Positions 52,973 to 62,916 of a stretch of DNA of 64,000 bases are shown one piece after another (within the stretch, counting starts at the first letter, position 1; every line of letters begins with the position of its first letter). Location: contig JAQVER010000001.1 in assembly GCA_028697885.1 (NCBI GenBank), positions 19,970 to 83,969 of the forward strand, read 5' to 3'. The position numbers were made by a program, and so were the translations under genes. This DNA is from Desulfocapsaceae bacterium. Its GTDB lineage: Bacteria; Desulfobacterota; Desulfobulbia; Desulfobulbales; Desulfocapsaceae. Below the pieces are notes generated by a model. That model was not told where the DNA came from. It did no database searches and saw only the letters and a list, made by a program, of their open reading frames with translations.

Positions 52973-55900
52973 TTATTTTTCTGGTTCAAGAGACGCTGCC
53001 CGCGCTACCAGGAATTTCCAAGATTTAGTTACATCCTTCTGAGACAAGTCCATGAGCTCTTGGGCATGAGCTGGATTCATCATCTTCAGCATACGGTAGC
53101 GGTTTTCAGCCATAGCGTATTCCTCAAAGGAGATGGTGGGCTCCTTGGAGTCGATGGTCAAGGGATTCTTGCCTGCAATCTCCAACTCAGGGTTGTAGCG
53201 GTACAACGGCCAGTGACCGCATTCTACCGCTTTCTTCTGCTGATCCAAGCCCTTGGTCATGTTGATGCCATGGTTGATGCAGTGGGCGTAGGCGATGATG
53301 AGTGACGGTCCGTCATAAGCCTCGGCCTCGGCTATGGCCTTGGCAACCTGAATGGGATTAGCGCCCATGCTCACCTTGGCAATATAGACATTACCATAGG
53401 TGGAGAAGATCATGCCGATATCCTTTTTCGGCATCTTCTTGCCGCTGGCCGCAAACTGGGCGGTCGCCGCACGGGGGGTGGATTTTGACATCTGTCCGCC
53501 GGTGTTGGAGTACACCTCGGTATCAAGGATCATGACGTTCACATTTTCGCCGGAGGCAAGGACGTGATCGAGACCGCCGTAGCCGATATCATAGGCCCAG
53601 CCGTCACCGCCGAAGATCCAGACAGATTTTTTCACCAGGTAGTCAGCCACGGGCAGGAGGCGTTTAGCAATAACATCTTTGCTGCCTGCCAGTTTACTCT
53701 TCAGCTGGGCCACACGCTCCCGTTGTTGCTCAATGGCGGTCTGAGATTTCTGATCGGCACCGAGGATCTCATCGGCCATCTTCTTGGTGATCAGTTTGGC
53801 GGCAACGGCCTGATTCATGAGCTCGACGGCCTGGGCGCCAAGCTTGTTCACGGAGGCACGCATACCAAGACCAAACTCTGCATTGTCCTCAAACAGCGAG
53901 TTGGCCCAAGCAGGTCCGCGTCCGTCTGCACGTTTGCAGTATGGGGTGGTGGGCAGGTTGCCGCCATAGATGGAGGAACAGCCGGTGGCATTGGCAACCA
54001 GCATCCGGTCGCCGAACATCTGGGTTACCAGCTTAATGTAAGGGGTCTCGCCGCATCCGGCACAGGCGCCGGAAAACTCAAAGAGCGGCCGACAGAGTTG
54101 ACTGCCCTTGATGGTGGAGGGATCAATGTCGGCGGGGTTGACCTCGGGCAGGTTGAGGAAATACTCCACATTTTTGGCCTCGGTTGTGCGGATCATCTCG
54201 GTATTGGGGACCATCTGCAGGGCCTTGGTCTTGGCCGGGCAGACAGCAACGCACTGGGTGCAGGCACAGCAGTCTTCGGTGAAGACTTGGACTACAAATT
54301 TCTGACCTTTGAATTGGGCGCCGACACCATCTGCAGATTTAAATGCCTTTGGTGCTTTTTTCAGCTCGGGAACGACTTTCAGTCGTATGGCTGCATGAGG
54401 GCAGACCAAAGAACAACGGCCGCACTGGATACAGTTCTCAGGTATCCATTCAGCAACTTGTACGCCGATATTCCGTTTTTCGTACTGGGTGGTTCCGGTG
54501 GGCCAGGTACCATCATCGGGCATCTGCGAGACCTTGACTTCATCGCCTCTACCTTCAATCATAGTGGCGGTGACTTCCTTGACAAAGTCAGGTGCGTTTT
54601 CAGGGACAGTCGGCGGCATGTCATGACCGCTGGTAGATTTGCCCAGTTTCACCTCAACAATGTTCTTGACGGCGGCATCGACAGCGCTGTAGTTCATCTC
54701 CACGACCTTGTCACCTTTCTTGCCATAGGTCTTTTTGATGGCGTTTTTGATGGCGGCAATTGCATCTTCCTTGGAGAGGATGCCTGAAATCAGGAAGAAG
54801 GCGGTCTGCATGATCATGTTGATGCGGGCGCCAAGTCCCAACGCCTGGCCGAGGGCTATGGCGTCGATGATGTAGAATTTGGCCTTTTTCTGGATCAGGG
54901 CTTTTTGTACCTGGTTTGGCAGCTGAGCCCAGATCTGCTTGGCGTTGAAATGAGTGGTCAGGAGAAAGGTGCCACCTTCTTCCAGGTTGCGGAGCATGTC
55001 ATATTGGTCGAGAAAGTTGGAATTGTGGCAGGCGATGAAATTGGCCTTGTTAATGAGATAGGGAGCCACAATCGGATTCTTACCAAAACGGAGATGCGAG
55101 GTGGTGATTGATCCGGATTTTTTGGAGTCGTAAACGAAATAACCCTGAGCGGAGTTGTCGGTTTCGGTGCCGATGATCTTGATGCTGTTCTTGTTGGCGC
55201 CGACAGTGCCGTCGGAACCAAGACCGTAGAACAGGGCGCGGACGACATCCTTGCCCTCGATGCTGAAGCTCTTGTCATAATCGAGACTGGAGTGGGTTAC
55301 ATCATCATTGGGTCCGACGCAGAAGTGGTTTTTGGGGGCCATGGAGGCCATGTTGTCAAAAATCGCCTTAGCCATGGCCGGGGTGAATTCGGCGGAGCCA
55401 AGACCATAGCGGCCGGAGAGGACCAGGGGCTGGTAGGCGGCGATATTGCTCTCGGTGGCCTCGCCGACTGCGGCGCGGACATCAAGGTAGAGTGGCTCGC
55501 CGGCGCTGCCTGGCTCCTTGGTGCGGTCCATGACCGTGATGCGCTCAACCGTAGGAGGCAGGGCGTTGACCATGGCCTTGCAGTCAAAAGGACGATACAA
55601 GCGGACAATGACCATACCCACTCTCTTGTCCTGGGCCATCAGGTAATCAATGGTGGCTGCTACGGTCTCGCAACCGGAGGCCATCATTACGATGACATCT
55701 TCGGCATCGGGATCTCCATAATAATCAAAGAGGTGATACTGGCGTCCGGTGATGGTGGCGAACTTGTCCATCGTCTCCTGGACGATGCCGGGCAGGGCAT
55801 TGTAATATTTATTGACGGTCTCGCGGCCGGTAAAATAAACGTCAGGATTCTGGGCGGTCCCGCGGATGGTGGGGCGGTCAGGGCTGAGGGCGCGCTGACG

Positions 55901-56509
55901 ATGGGCAACGATCAGATCTTCATCGATCATGGCAGTCATATCTTCACGGGTCAGCTCTTCAATTTTCTGGATCTCATGGGAGGTACGGAAGCCGTCAAAG
56001 AAATGGACAAAAGGAATCCGGGAGGCCAGGGAGGCCTGGGTGACAATCAGGGCCATATCCATACATTCCTGGACGTTCTGGGAGGCGAGCAGGCCCCAGC
56101 CGGTCTGGCGTACAGCGTTGATGTCGCCATGGTCGCCGAAGATAGAGAGTCCCTGGCAGGCGATGGAACGGGCGGTCACATGAAAGACGGTGGGTGTCAG
56201 CTCGCCTGCAATCTTGTACATGTTGGGGATCATCAACAACAGGCCCTGAGATGCGGTGAAGGTGGTGCAGAGGGCGCCTGTGGCCAGAGAACCATGCAGA
56301 GAACCGGCAACACCTGCTTCAGACTGCATCTGGGTGACTACAGGGATGGAGTTCCAGATGTTCTCCTGCAGAGCGGCTGATTTGGTATCTGCCTCAGCAG
56401 CCATCGGGGTGGATGGGGTGATGGGGTAGATGGTGATGACTTCGCTGGTGGCATAGGCAACATGGGTACAGGCCTGATTACCGTCGATGGTGACCATTTT
56501 TCGTGACAT
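52973..56509 (-). CDS. por: Pyruvate:ferredoxin (flavodoxin) oxidoreductase, single-polypeptide type
   Basis: It is 1178 aa. It starts [34 protein letters not shown]-like. The two ferredoxin motifs are [13 protein letters not shown] and [12 protein letters not shown]. The TPP motif is [16 protein letters not shown]. Confidence 0.97.
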   Translation of the reverse strand: [1178 protein letters not shown]

Positions 56510-56572
56510 GAAGCGACTCTCCTTTATTGCTTAGATTAGAAAATGTTTTCTGTTTATTTATAAACTTGTTGA

Positions 56573-57250
56573 TTATTTTTTGGGCAGATCGCTCAGGTCG
56601 TCGATACTCTGGCTCACGATTTTGTATCCGCTCATTGCCGTGATCTCGCTGGCAAGGGCATCGATACCCTGTTCGGGAAGGATGCGCACCGAGACTCGTT
56701 TAAAGCCGGATGGTGCATCGTCAAAAGAGGTGAGAATAGAGAGGACACGGGCGTTGTGCTGGCGCAGGACGTCAATCAGCTTGGAGACGGAACCTCCGGT
56801 GTCAGCCATGTCAATGACAAATTGATAGGCACCGTCCTGGATGCCAGTGGCGTGGATGAATCCTCGGAGAACGTCTGATTCCGACAACAGGCCTACCAGT
56901 TGATCGTTGTTGTCCACCACCAGCAGTCCTGATATTTTCTCGCGCAGCATGACCAAGGCCGCCTTCTCCAGGGTGTCATCTTTTTTCAGGCAGATAGGGC
57001 TGCCGGTCATGACATCTTTGACCTTCATCTCAGAGAGCAGGTAGTACATCTCATGGATATCCATGTCGGCCTTGCTGGATGGTGATGCATCTTTCAGGTC
57101 GCGGTCGGTGATGATGCCGGCGAGTTTGCCATGGGACAGGACTGGCAGCCGTCTGAGATTGTTCTCTTTCATGGTCCGGGTGGCCCGCATGACCGAGGTG
57201 TTGGCATCCACAGTAAGAATCGTGGTTGCCATCCAGTCTTTTATTAACAT
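56573..57250 (-). CDS. CBS-pair plus ACT-like domain protein (AcuB-like)
   Basis: MLIKDWMATTILTVDANTSVMRATRTMKENNLRRLPVL..., a second CBS (VKDVMTGSPICLKKDD), and an ACT-like tail. ATG 57250 is preceded by GGAGG. The track's 35-aa upstream extension is rejected. Confidence 0.82.
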   Translation of the reverse strand: MLIKDWMATTILTVDANTSVMRATRTMKENNLRRLPVLSHGKLAGIITDRDLKDASPSSKADMDIHEMYYLLSEMKVKDVMTGSPICLKKDDTLEKAALVMLREKISGLLVVDNNDQLVGLLSESDVLRGFIHATGIQDGAYQFVIDMADTGGSVSKLIDVLRQHNARVLSILTSFDDAPSGFKRVSVRILPEQGIDALASEITAMSGYKIVSQSIDDLSDLPKK

Positions 57251-57588
57251 AAATGCCTCCTTTGAGTCGCGTAAATGGTTGCGCAAATCATAGAAAATGG
57301 AATAATGGATGTCATAGTGGATGAGCGTGTCTGACGGCAAGAGGGATAGAAACATGCGTCAAGACTGAAAAATATAGGATGTTTTTTTCTTGGAATATAT
57401 AGGTGTATTACCCACTATATTACCAATGGCAAAACTTCTTACACTCTTTGAATCGTCAAACCATCCTGCTTAACGAAAGTTCTACTTTTTTAAAGTAACC
57501 TATAATATCTGAAATTAAACTTAATAAAAACAATTTGCGACTATAAAGTATTTTAAATATTGATGCAAGATATGAATGAAATTGATAT

Positions 57589-59619
57589 GTGCGGCTCATG
57601 AATGTTCTCTCTGCTGGTAATCTAGATAAATTGCTCATGTTTCTGGCCGACAAGGAGCAATTTGTTTGGCTCGATACGGTCAAACCCGACGCTGAGAATA
57701 GGACCTCGTCCCTTTTTTTAAATCCGGTCAGCCATCTGCAATGTCACAGTGGTGACGACTTTCGGTTGTTTCTGGACCAGATTGAGTCGACACTGGCCGC
57801 TGGTCATTATGTGGCCGGCTGGTTCAGTTATGAATTTGGCTATCTCCTGGAAGAAAATTTACGGGGACTGCTCTGCCGACCAGGTGATACCTCGCTTCTT
57901 TTGGCTGATCTTGGGGTCTTTGCTGAGCCTTTCTTTTTTGACCATCGTACTGGGAATACAAATTTCCCAGGCCTGGTACCGGAGGCTCAGAGGGGGGTGA
58001 CCCGTGCAGGCAGTATTGAACAATCCTTGGACGTTGGTCATGCTTCATCCGTTCCTGGTGCCTGTTACACTGAGCCTTCTCTGGTGCGTGATTGTCAGGT
58101 GGAAGATATTCATCCCAGTCAGAGCCATGATGCCTATCTTCAGGCCATTCAGGCTATTCAGGAATATATCAAGGCTGGTGACACGTATCAGGTCAATTAT
58201 ACCCTGAAGTTGCTCTTCGATTTTGACGGATCACCGGAGGCTTTTTATAAAACACTCAGGCGAAATCAATCGGTGGCTTACGGAGCCTATCTCCGTTTTG
58301 GAGAGCAGCAACTGCTTTCTTTTTCCCCTGAACTCTTTTTTAAAAAAGATGCAGAAAGCATTGAGGTTCGCCCGATGAAAGGCACCATGAAAAGAGGGCG
58401 CTTCCCTAAGGAGGATCTGGAACAGGCACGTCAATTAAGTAGTGACGAAAAAAACCGCAGTGAAAATGTCATGATTGTTGACCTTCTGCGCAATGATTTA
58501 GGACGATTGATGCATGATCTTGGAGATGGCCCGGTCCAGACTCGTTCGCTCTTTGATGTGGAACGTTATGAGACGCTGCTCCAGATGACTTCCACTGTTG
58601 TTGCGGCAGCTGGGCAAAATCGCCTTGCCTCTCTCACTCTTCTTCAACTTTTTCAGGCCCTTTTCCCCTGTGGCTCTGTGACTGGTGCCCCCAAAATCCG
58701 CACGATGGAAATCATAAATGAACTGGAGCCCGAGCGTCGCGGTGTTTATACCGGGGCCATCGGCTATCTGGCACCCTCGGGAGAAACACTTTTCAACGTG
58801 CCGATTCGTACCGTCTCACTGCGTGGTGCGCAAGGAGAGATGGGTATCGGTTCCGGGATTGTTGCTGACTCGGATCCTGAACAGGAGTGGCAGGAGTGTT
58901 TGCTTAAAGGTAAGTTTCTGACCAGCTTTACCCCCGCCTTTCAGCTCATCGAGACCCTGTTGTGGGAACCCGAAACAGGCTATTGGCTCCTGGCCGACCA
59001 TTTGGAACGGCTGCATGCCTCCGCTGACTATTTTCTTTTTTGTTGTGATCTGTCCCTGATTGAACAGCAATTGCATCAAGAAAGCTGTCTGTTTTCCGGA
59101 GTTCCCATGCGTGTTCGTCTGACCCTGGCCAAAGAGGGAGTGGTTACAGTTACTTCTCTGCCCTGTTCCCTGCCAGTTGCTCGTAGCCTTCCACACCATC
59201 CGGATTTGCGGTCTGCTGATCTGCCGCGGATTGCTCTCTCCCCTGTGCGCACAGATTCGTCCATTTCCTGGTATTTTCATAAGACCACCAGACGGGAAGT
59301 CTATGACCGTGAGTTTAAACGTGCCCTAGCCCAAGGACTATTGGATTACTGTTTTTTGAATGAGCGGGCAGAACTTACTGAAGGGTGTATCTCAAATATT
59401 ATCCTTTATCGGAAGGGTGTTTATGTGACCCCGTCCTTGCAATGTGGATTACTGGCAGGTATTATGAGAAAACATTTGCTGAGGGATACACAAATACCCC
59501 TACGGGAAGAGGTCTTGACGCTTGATGATCTTCGGCAGGCAGAAGCTGTTTTCCTTTGTAACTCCGTGCGAGGGGTTGTGCAGGTGGCAGGAACAAGGGA
59601 ATTGGAAATAGTAGGTTAA
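57589..59619 (+). CDS. pabB-pabC: Fused aminodeoxychorismate synthase component I (PabB) / aminodeoxychorismate lyase-like class IV aminotransferase (PabC)
   Basis: The PabB half has AGDTYQVNYT, FSPELFF..VRPMKGT, DLLRNDLGR and GSVTGAPKIRTMEII..ERRGVYTGAIGY. From about 58925 a fold-type IV segment follows (FQLIETLLWE..., NIILYRKGVYVTP, GLLAGIMR). The start is GTG 57589 or ATG 57598. Confidence 0.82.
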   Translation: MRLMNVLSAGNLDKLLMFLADKEQFVWLDTVKPDAENRTSSLFLNPVSHLQCHSGDDFRLFLDQIESTLAAGHYVAGWFSYEFGYLLEENLRGLLCRPGDTSLLLADLGVFAEPFFFDHRTGNTNFPGLVPEAQRGVTRAGSIEQSLDVGHASSVPGACYTEPSLVRDCQVEDIHPSQSHDAYLQAIQAIQEYIKAGDTYQVNYTLKLLFDFDGSPEAFYKTLRRNQSVAYGAYLRFGEQQLLSFSPELFFKKDAESIEVRPMKGTMKRGRFPKEDLEQARQLSSDEKNRSENVMIVDLLRNDLGRLMHDLGDGPVQTRSLFDVERYETLLQMTSTVVAAAGQNRLASLTLLQLFQALFPCGSVTGAPKIRTMEIINELEPERRGVYTGAIGYLAPSGETLFNVPIRTVSLRGAQGEMGIGSGIVADSDPEQEWQECLLKGKFLTSFTPAFQLIETLLWEPETGYWLLADHLERLHASADYFLFCCDLSLIEQQLHQESCLFSGVPMRVRLTLAKEGVVTVTSLPCSLPVARSLPHHPDLRSADLPRIALSPVRTDSSISWYFHKTTRREVYDREFKRALAQGLLDYCFLNERAELTEGCISNIILYRKGVYVTPSLQCGLLAGIMRKHLLRDTQIPLREEVLTLDDLRQAEAVFLCNSVRGVVQVAGTRELEIVG

Positions 59620-59644
59620 TTGAATGGGGTGTCAGGGAGAGAGT

Positions 59645-61822
59645 ATGAACTGGAAAAATTGGTCGATTGGAATAAAAATTGGTGTGGCCTTGGGTGTTGT
59701 TTTGCTGCTGATGGTTGGGATTAGTGGCGTCGGGTTGCTCAAGGTGTCTCAGTTGAACTCTCACATGGATGAGGCCTTGTCAGTCAATGCGTTGAATACT
59801 GAACTCGCCAACCGGGAGATTGATCATCTCCGTTTTCTGGGCAAAATTACGACATTCCTTGAGAATACCTCCATGACTACCCTGGATCTGCAAACAGATG
59901 ATCATAAATGTAATTTAGGAAAATGGCTCTATGGTGAAGGTCGCAAAGAGGCGGAACAAAAGTTTCCTGAGCTGGCCCCGCAGCTGAAAGAGCTTGAGGC
60001 CCCCCATGCCTTGCTCCATGACTCAGTGGCCGAGATGCAGAAGATCCTGGCCAAGGCGGAAAACAAGGCGTTGGCCGTGCCTGCCCTGCGGGATGTTTTT
60101 CGTCAAAAAACAGAAAAGGCCTTGGTTGAGGTCTCCGCGATTCTGCAGAAAATGGGTGAAGAGCTGGCAAAGAAAACGACGCTTTTGAATGAACAGGCTC
60201 AACAAGGCGCCAGTAATGCCATTCGGATTATCCTGATCCTGACGGCCTTGGCGCTGGTTATTGGTGTCGTTTTCGGCTTTAATATGGTCCGGGTGATCAG
60301 TGGTAGTCTAAAAAAGATGGTGCTCTTTGCTGAAAATCTGGCCCAGGGGAATCTGACGGGACACCTTGAGATAAGTATGAAAGATGAGATTGGGGGCCTG
60401 GCCAACACCCTGAATACCACGGTTGCGCAGTGGCGGCAGATTGTTAGTGGCTTGGGTGATGAAGTTGCAGTGCTTGCTTCGTCCTCTCAGGAACTTACCT
60501 CAACCTCTCGTAGCTTGTCGGCTGGGGCCAGCAACTCTGCCGAGTTGTCCGCTTCGGTGGCCGCTGCCACTGAAGAGATGAGTGCCAATATGAACTCGGT
60601 GGCTGCGGCCAGTGAGGAAGCGGCAACCAATGTCAATATCGTAGCCACTGCGGCCGAGGAGATCAGCTCAACCATTCATCAGATTGCCGCCAAAACAGAG
60701 CAGGCCAAAGAGATTACCAGCGGTGCTGTGATTCTGGCACAAAGCTCCACTGAAAAGGTGGATGCTTTAGGAAGGGCTGCACTGGAGATCAGCAAGGTTA
60801 CAGAGGCCATTACCGAGATATCGGATCAGACTAATCTCCTGGCCTTGAATGCCACCATTGAGGCGGCCCGGGCTGGAGAGGCTGGTAAAGGGTTTGCGGT
60901 GGTGGCCAATGAAATCAAGGAACTGGCCAAGCAGACAGCGGCGGCAACTGGAGAGATTAAAAGCAGGATTGAATCTATTCAGGGATCTACGAACGAGACG
61001 GTTAGTGAGATCGAGCAGATCACCAAGGTCATCAGTCAGATGAACGGGATTGTGGCCGATATTGCCCAGTCTGTTGAAGAACAGACGGCCACTACCTCGG
61101 AAATTGCTGAAAGTGTCCTGCAGGCGGCTCAGGGGATCAGTGAGGTTAATGAAAATGTGGCCCAGAGCTCCGCAGTGGCTAGTGAGATCGCTGGCGATAT
61201 TTCAGAGGTCAGTAATGTTTCCAGCGCCCTCTCCAGAAGTGGTCAGGATGTGGAGAGAAACGCCCAGGATCTGGTTCATGTCGCAGAGGCCCTAAGGTCG
61301 TTGGTAGCCCATTTCAGCACGACTCCGGGTGCGGGTGGTGGAATGGACAAGGTGGTAACAGCAACGTCAAGGTCGGTGGCCACCTCCACGTCGTCTTCCA
61401 CTTCTGCCAATATCCCAGATCTTATGTCTTGGAATAACAATCTGAGTGTGAATATTAAGCAGATTGATGACCAGCATATAAAACTGGTGGGGTTGATTAA
61501 TGAACTGCATAAGGCCATGAAACTGAAAAGGAGTAATAGTACTATGGGTTCGATCCTTGACCGGCTTGCTGACTATACGGTCTCCCATTTTGCTACCGAA
61601 GAAAAGCTGTTTGCCAAGTATGGCTATCCTGAAGAGAAGGCCCATGTCGAGCTTCATCGGAAACTGGTGGCCCAGGTTGTGGATATTCAGAAAAAATTCA
61701 AGTCCGGAGATGCCATGATTTCTATGGAACTCATGTCTTTTCTTAAAGACTGGCTGGTCAAACATATCCAGGGTACAGATAAAAAATATAGTACTTTTTT
61801 ACGTGGGCATGGAGTGAAATAA
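59645..61822 (+). CDS. Methyl-accepting chemotaxis protein with a CZB (zinc-binding) domain between the TM helices and a C-terminal hemerythrin domain (DcrH-like)
   Basis: TM1 is [22 protein letters not shown]. The full CZB pattern is HLRF-x24-CNLGKW-x26-HALLH (about 59830-60020). TM2 and a HAMP follow, then the MA hairpin [33 protein letters not shown]. The hemerythrin domain runs from 61424 ([29 protein letters not shown]). Confidence 0.88.
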   Translation: MNWKNWSIGIKIGVALGVVLLLMVGISGVGLLKVSQLNSHMDEALSVNALNTELANREIDHLRFLGKITTFLENTSMTTLDLQTDDHKCNLGKWLYGEGRKEAEQKFPELAPQLKELEAPHALLHDSVAEMQKILAKAENKALAVPALRDVFRQKTEKALVEVSAILQKMGEELAKKTTLLNEQAQQGASNAIRIILILTALALVIGVVFGFNMVRVISGSLKKMVLFAENLAQGNLTGHLEISMKDEIGGLANTLNTTVAQWRQIVSGLGDEVAVLASSSQELTSTSRSLSAGASNSAELSASVAAATEEMSANMNSVAAASEEAATNVNIVATAAEEISSTIHQIAAKTEQAKEITSGAVILAQSSTEKVDALGRAALEISKVTEAITEISDQTNLLALNATIEAARAGEAGKGFAVVANEIKELAKQTAAATGEIKSRIESIQGSTNETVSEIEQITKVISQMNGIVADIAQSVEEQTATTSEIAESVLQAAQGISEVNENVAQSSAVASEIAGDISEVSNVSSALSRSGQDVERNAQDLVHVAEALRSLVAHFSTTPGAGGGMDKVVTATSRSVATSTSSSTSANIPDLMSWNNNLSVNIKQIDDQHIKLVGLINELHKAMKLKRSNSTMGSILDRLADYTVSHFATEEKLFAKYGYPEEKAHVELHRKLVAQVVDIQKKFKSGDAMISMELMSFLKDWLVKHIQGTDKKYSTFLRGHGVK

Positions 61823-61844
61823 GCGCACAGGCGGGAAGTAAAGA

Positions 61845-61894
61845 AAAAATGCCCTTTACGCTTCATTTTCAATAAGGAGCGTAAAGGGCATTTT
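61845..61894. terminator. Hairpin terminator between convergent genes
   Basis: AAAAATGCCCTTTACGC-(17 nt)-GCGTAAAGGGCATTTT. Confidence 0.6.
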
Positions 61895-62008
61895 ACTGTG
61901 TAATGTAAAGATATTTTGTAAAAGTATCTTTACGAACAGTGGCATCGAGATGTAGTTGAAAGTTTTTTTGTTTTTCCGTTCATAACGGGAGCAGTTGTTT
62001 GTCTTTTG

Positions 62009-62524
62009 TTACTGGACAAGCCCTTGGTCTTCCTCCTGATTTATCTCCGCGGGAGCGATAATCAGCTGATGGGCATCGCCAAGGCTACGTGCCATAGTCA
62101 TAAAGGTGGAAGGAAGCGGTATCTCCCGTTCTTGAATCAGCAGGCCAATTTCGGTGGCATGTTTGAGGAGTTGTGCGCTATCTTTATCTTCCATATGGTC
62201 ACAGAGGGTCTGTACCCGGAGTGCATCGGTGAGTGGTGCGCGCAGGGTTGGAAGTTCTTGGGCCAGGCTGAGCAGCTCCTGTTCAATATCTGCCCGGTTT
62301 GTCCTGCGGAAATCCTGGAATTGCTCTTCCATGTTCAGGGTGCCAAAGAGCTCATTGGTGATAGCGCCGGTGAGCATGGAAATCGAGAGAGAGTCTCGGC
62401 CGGGGTGTTTGTTCATCAGTAGGGAACGCAGTTCTTTAAACAGAACCATTTGTACCACGCAAATTCCTTCCCGTAAGACAGGAAGCAGGCGTGACCCGGG
62501 ATTGTTTGTTTGTGTTGTATCCAT
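62009..62524 (-). CDS. Hypothetical protein (171 aa)
   Basis: It lies 9 nt downstream of, and co-directional with, the DUF493 gene. Its composition is helical and balanced, unlike the antisense ORF 62006..62422. Confidence 0.6.
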   Translation of the reverse strand: MDTTQTNNPGSRLLPVLREGICVVQMVLFKELRSLLMNKHPGRDSLSISMLTGAITNELFGTLNMEEQFQDFRRTNRADIEQELLSLAQELPTLRAPLTDALRVQTLCDHMEDKDSAQLLKHATEIGLLIQEREIPLPSTFMTMARSLGDAHQLIIAPAEINQEEDQGLVQ

Positions 62525-62533
62525 TTGTCTGCT

Positions 62534-62815
62534 CTAGAGTACCATCTTGACAGCAAGATGATTTTTCAAATTCTGGTAAATGGCAAGTCGGGAGGCCTCG
62601 TCGGCAACTTCGATTTCCACATTCAGGCTGCAATATTTGCCGCTGGAGCTGGTTTTTGATGGGGTTATAGAGACCTGAGCAGGACATACCGTGGTGATCG
62701 CCCTGGTAAGAGAGGTAAAATCCTCTCCAATCACCTTGTACAGCCAGACGCATGGATAGGTTATCTCTGGTTTTTTTGCAGCACAGTGGCTTGTGTTTTT
62801 AATATCAATCAGCAT
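62534..62815 (-). CDS. DUF493 (YbeD-like) family protein
   Basis: The 93-aa sequence is ITYPCVWLYKVIGED...SSSGKYCSLNVEIEVADEASRLAIYQNLKNHLAVKMVL. This matches the remembered YbeD pattern (FPC..KV.G, S..G.Y.S, Y..L...V.MVL). Confidence 0.75.
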   Translation of the reverse strand: MLIDIKNTSHCAAKKPEITYPCVWLYKVIGEDFTSLTRAITTVCPAQVSITPSKTSSSGKYCSLNVEIEVADEASRLAIYQNLKNHLAVKMVL

Positions 62816-62916
62816 CGTGTGTTTGTGCTCCTTGGTGGCTGAGATTGTCGGAATTATTTTTTTACGACTTTACCGAGGAGATCTGTAAGAGTCAAGAGGA
62901 ACAGGAGATAGGGAGT

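Noticed and set aside
53564-56380. Two long + strand ORFs (53564..54787, 407 aa; 55292..56380, 362 aa).
   Set aside because: They lie entirely antisense to the unambiguous 1178-aa PFOR gene. Their translations are Gly/Ala/Asp/His-rich with no motifs. This is the typical shadow-ORF pattern opposite a highly expressed, GC3-rich gene.
57251-57355. The 35-codon N-terminal extension of the CBS/ACT ORF in the track.
   Set aside because: ATG 57250 has a GGAGG SD at proper spacing, and the CBS domain starts right there. The extension is hydrophobic and aromatic junk.
61547-61556. GGTTCGATCC, a tRNA T-arm-like string.
   Set aside because: It lies inside the hemerythrin coding region of the chemoreceptor. 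No acceptor or anticodon arms can be drawn around it. I found no tRNA-like structure in any intergenic spacer.
62006-62422. A 138-aa + strand ORF opposite 62009..62524.
   Set aside because: The minus-strand frame is longer and has protein-like composition. It also forms a 9-nt-spaced operon with the DUF493 gene. The + frame is Cys/Gly/His-rich with no start context.
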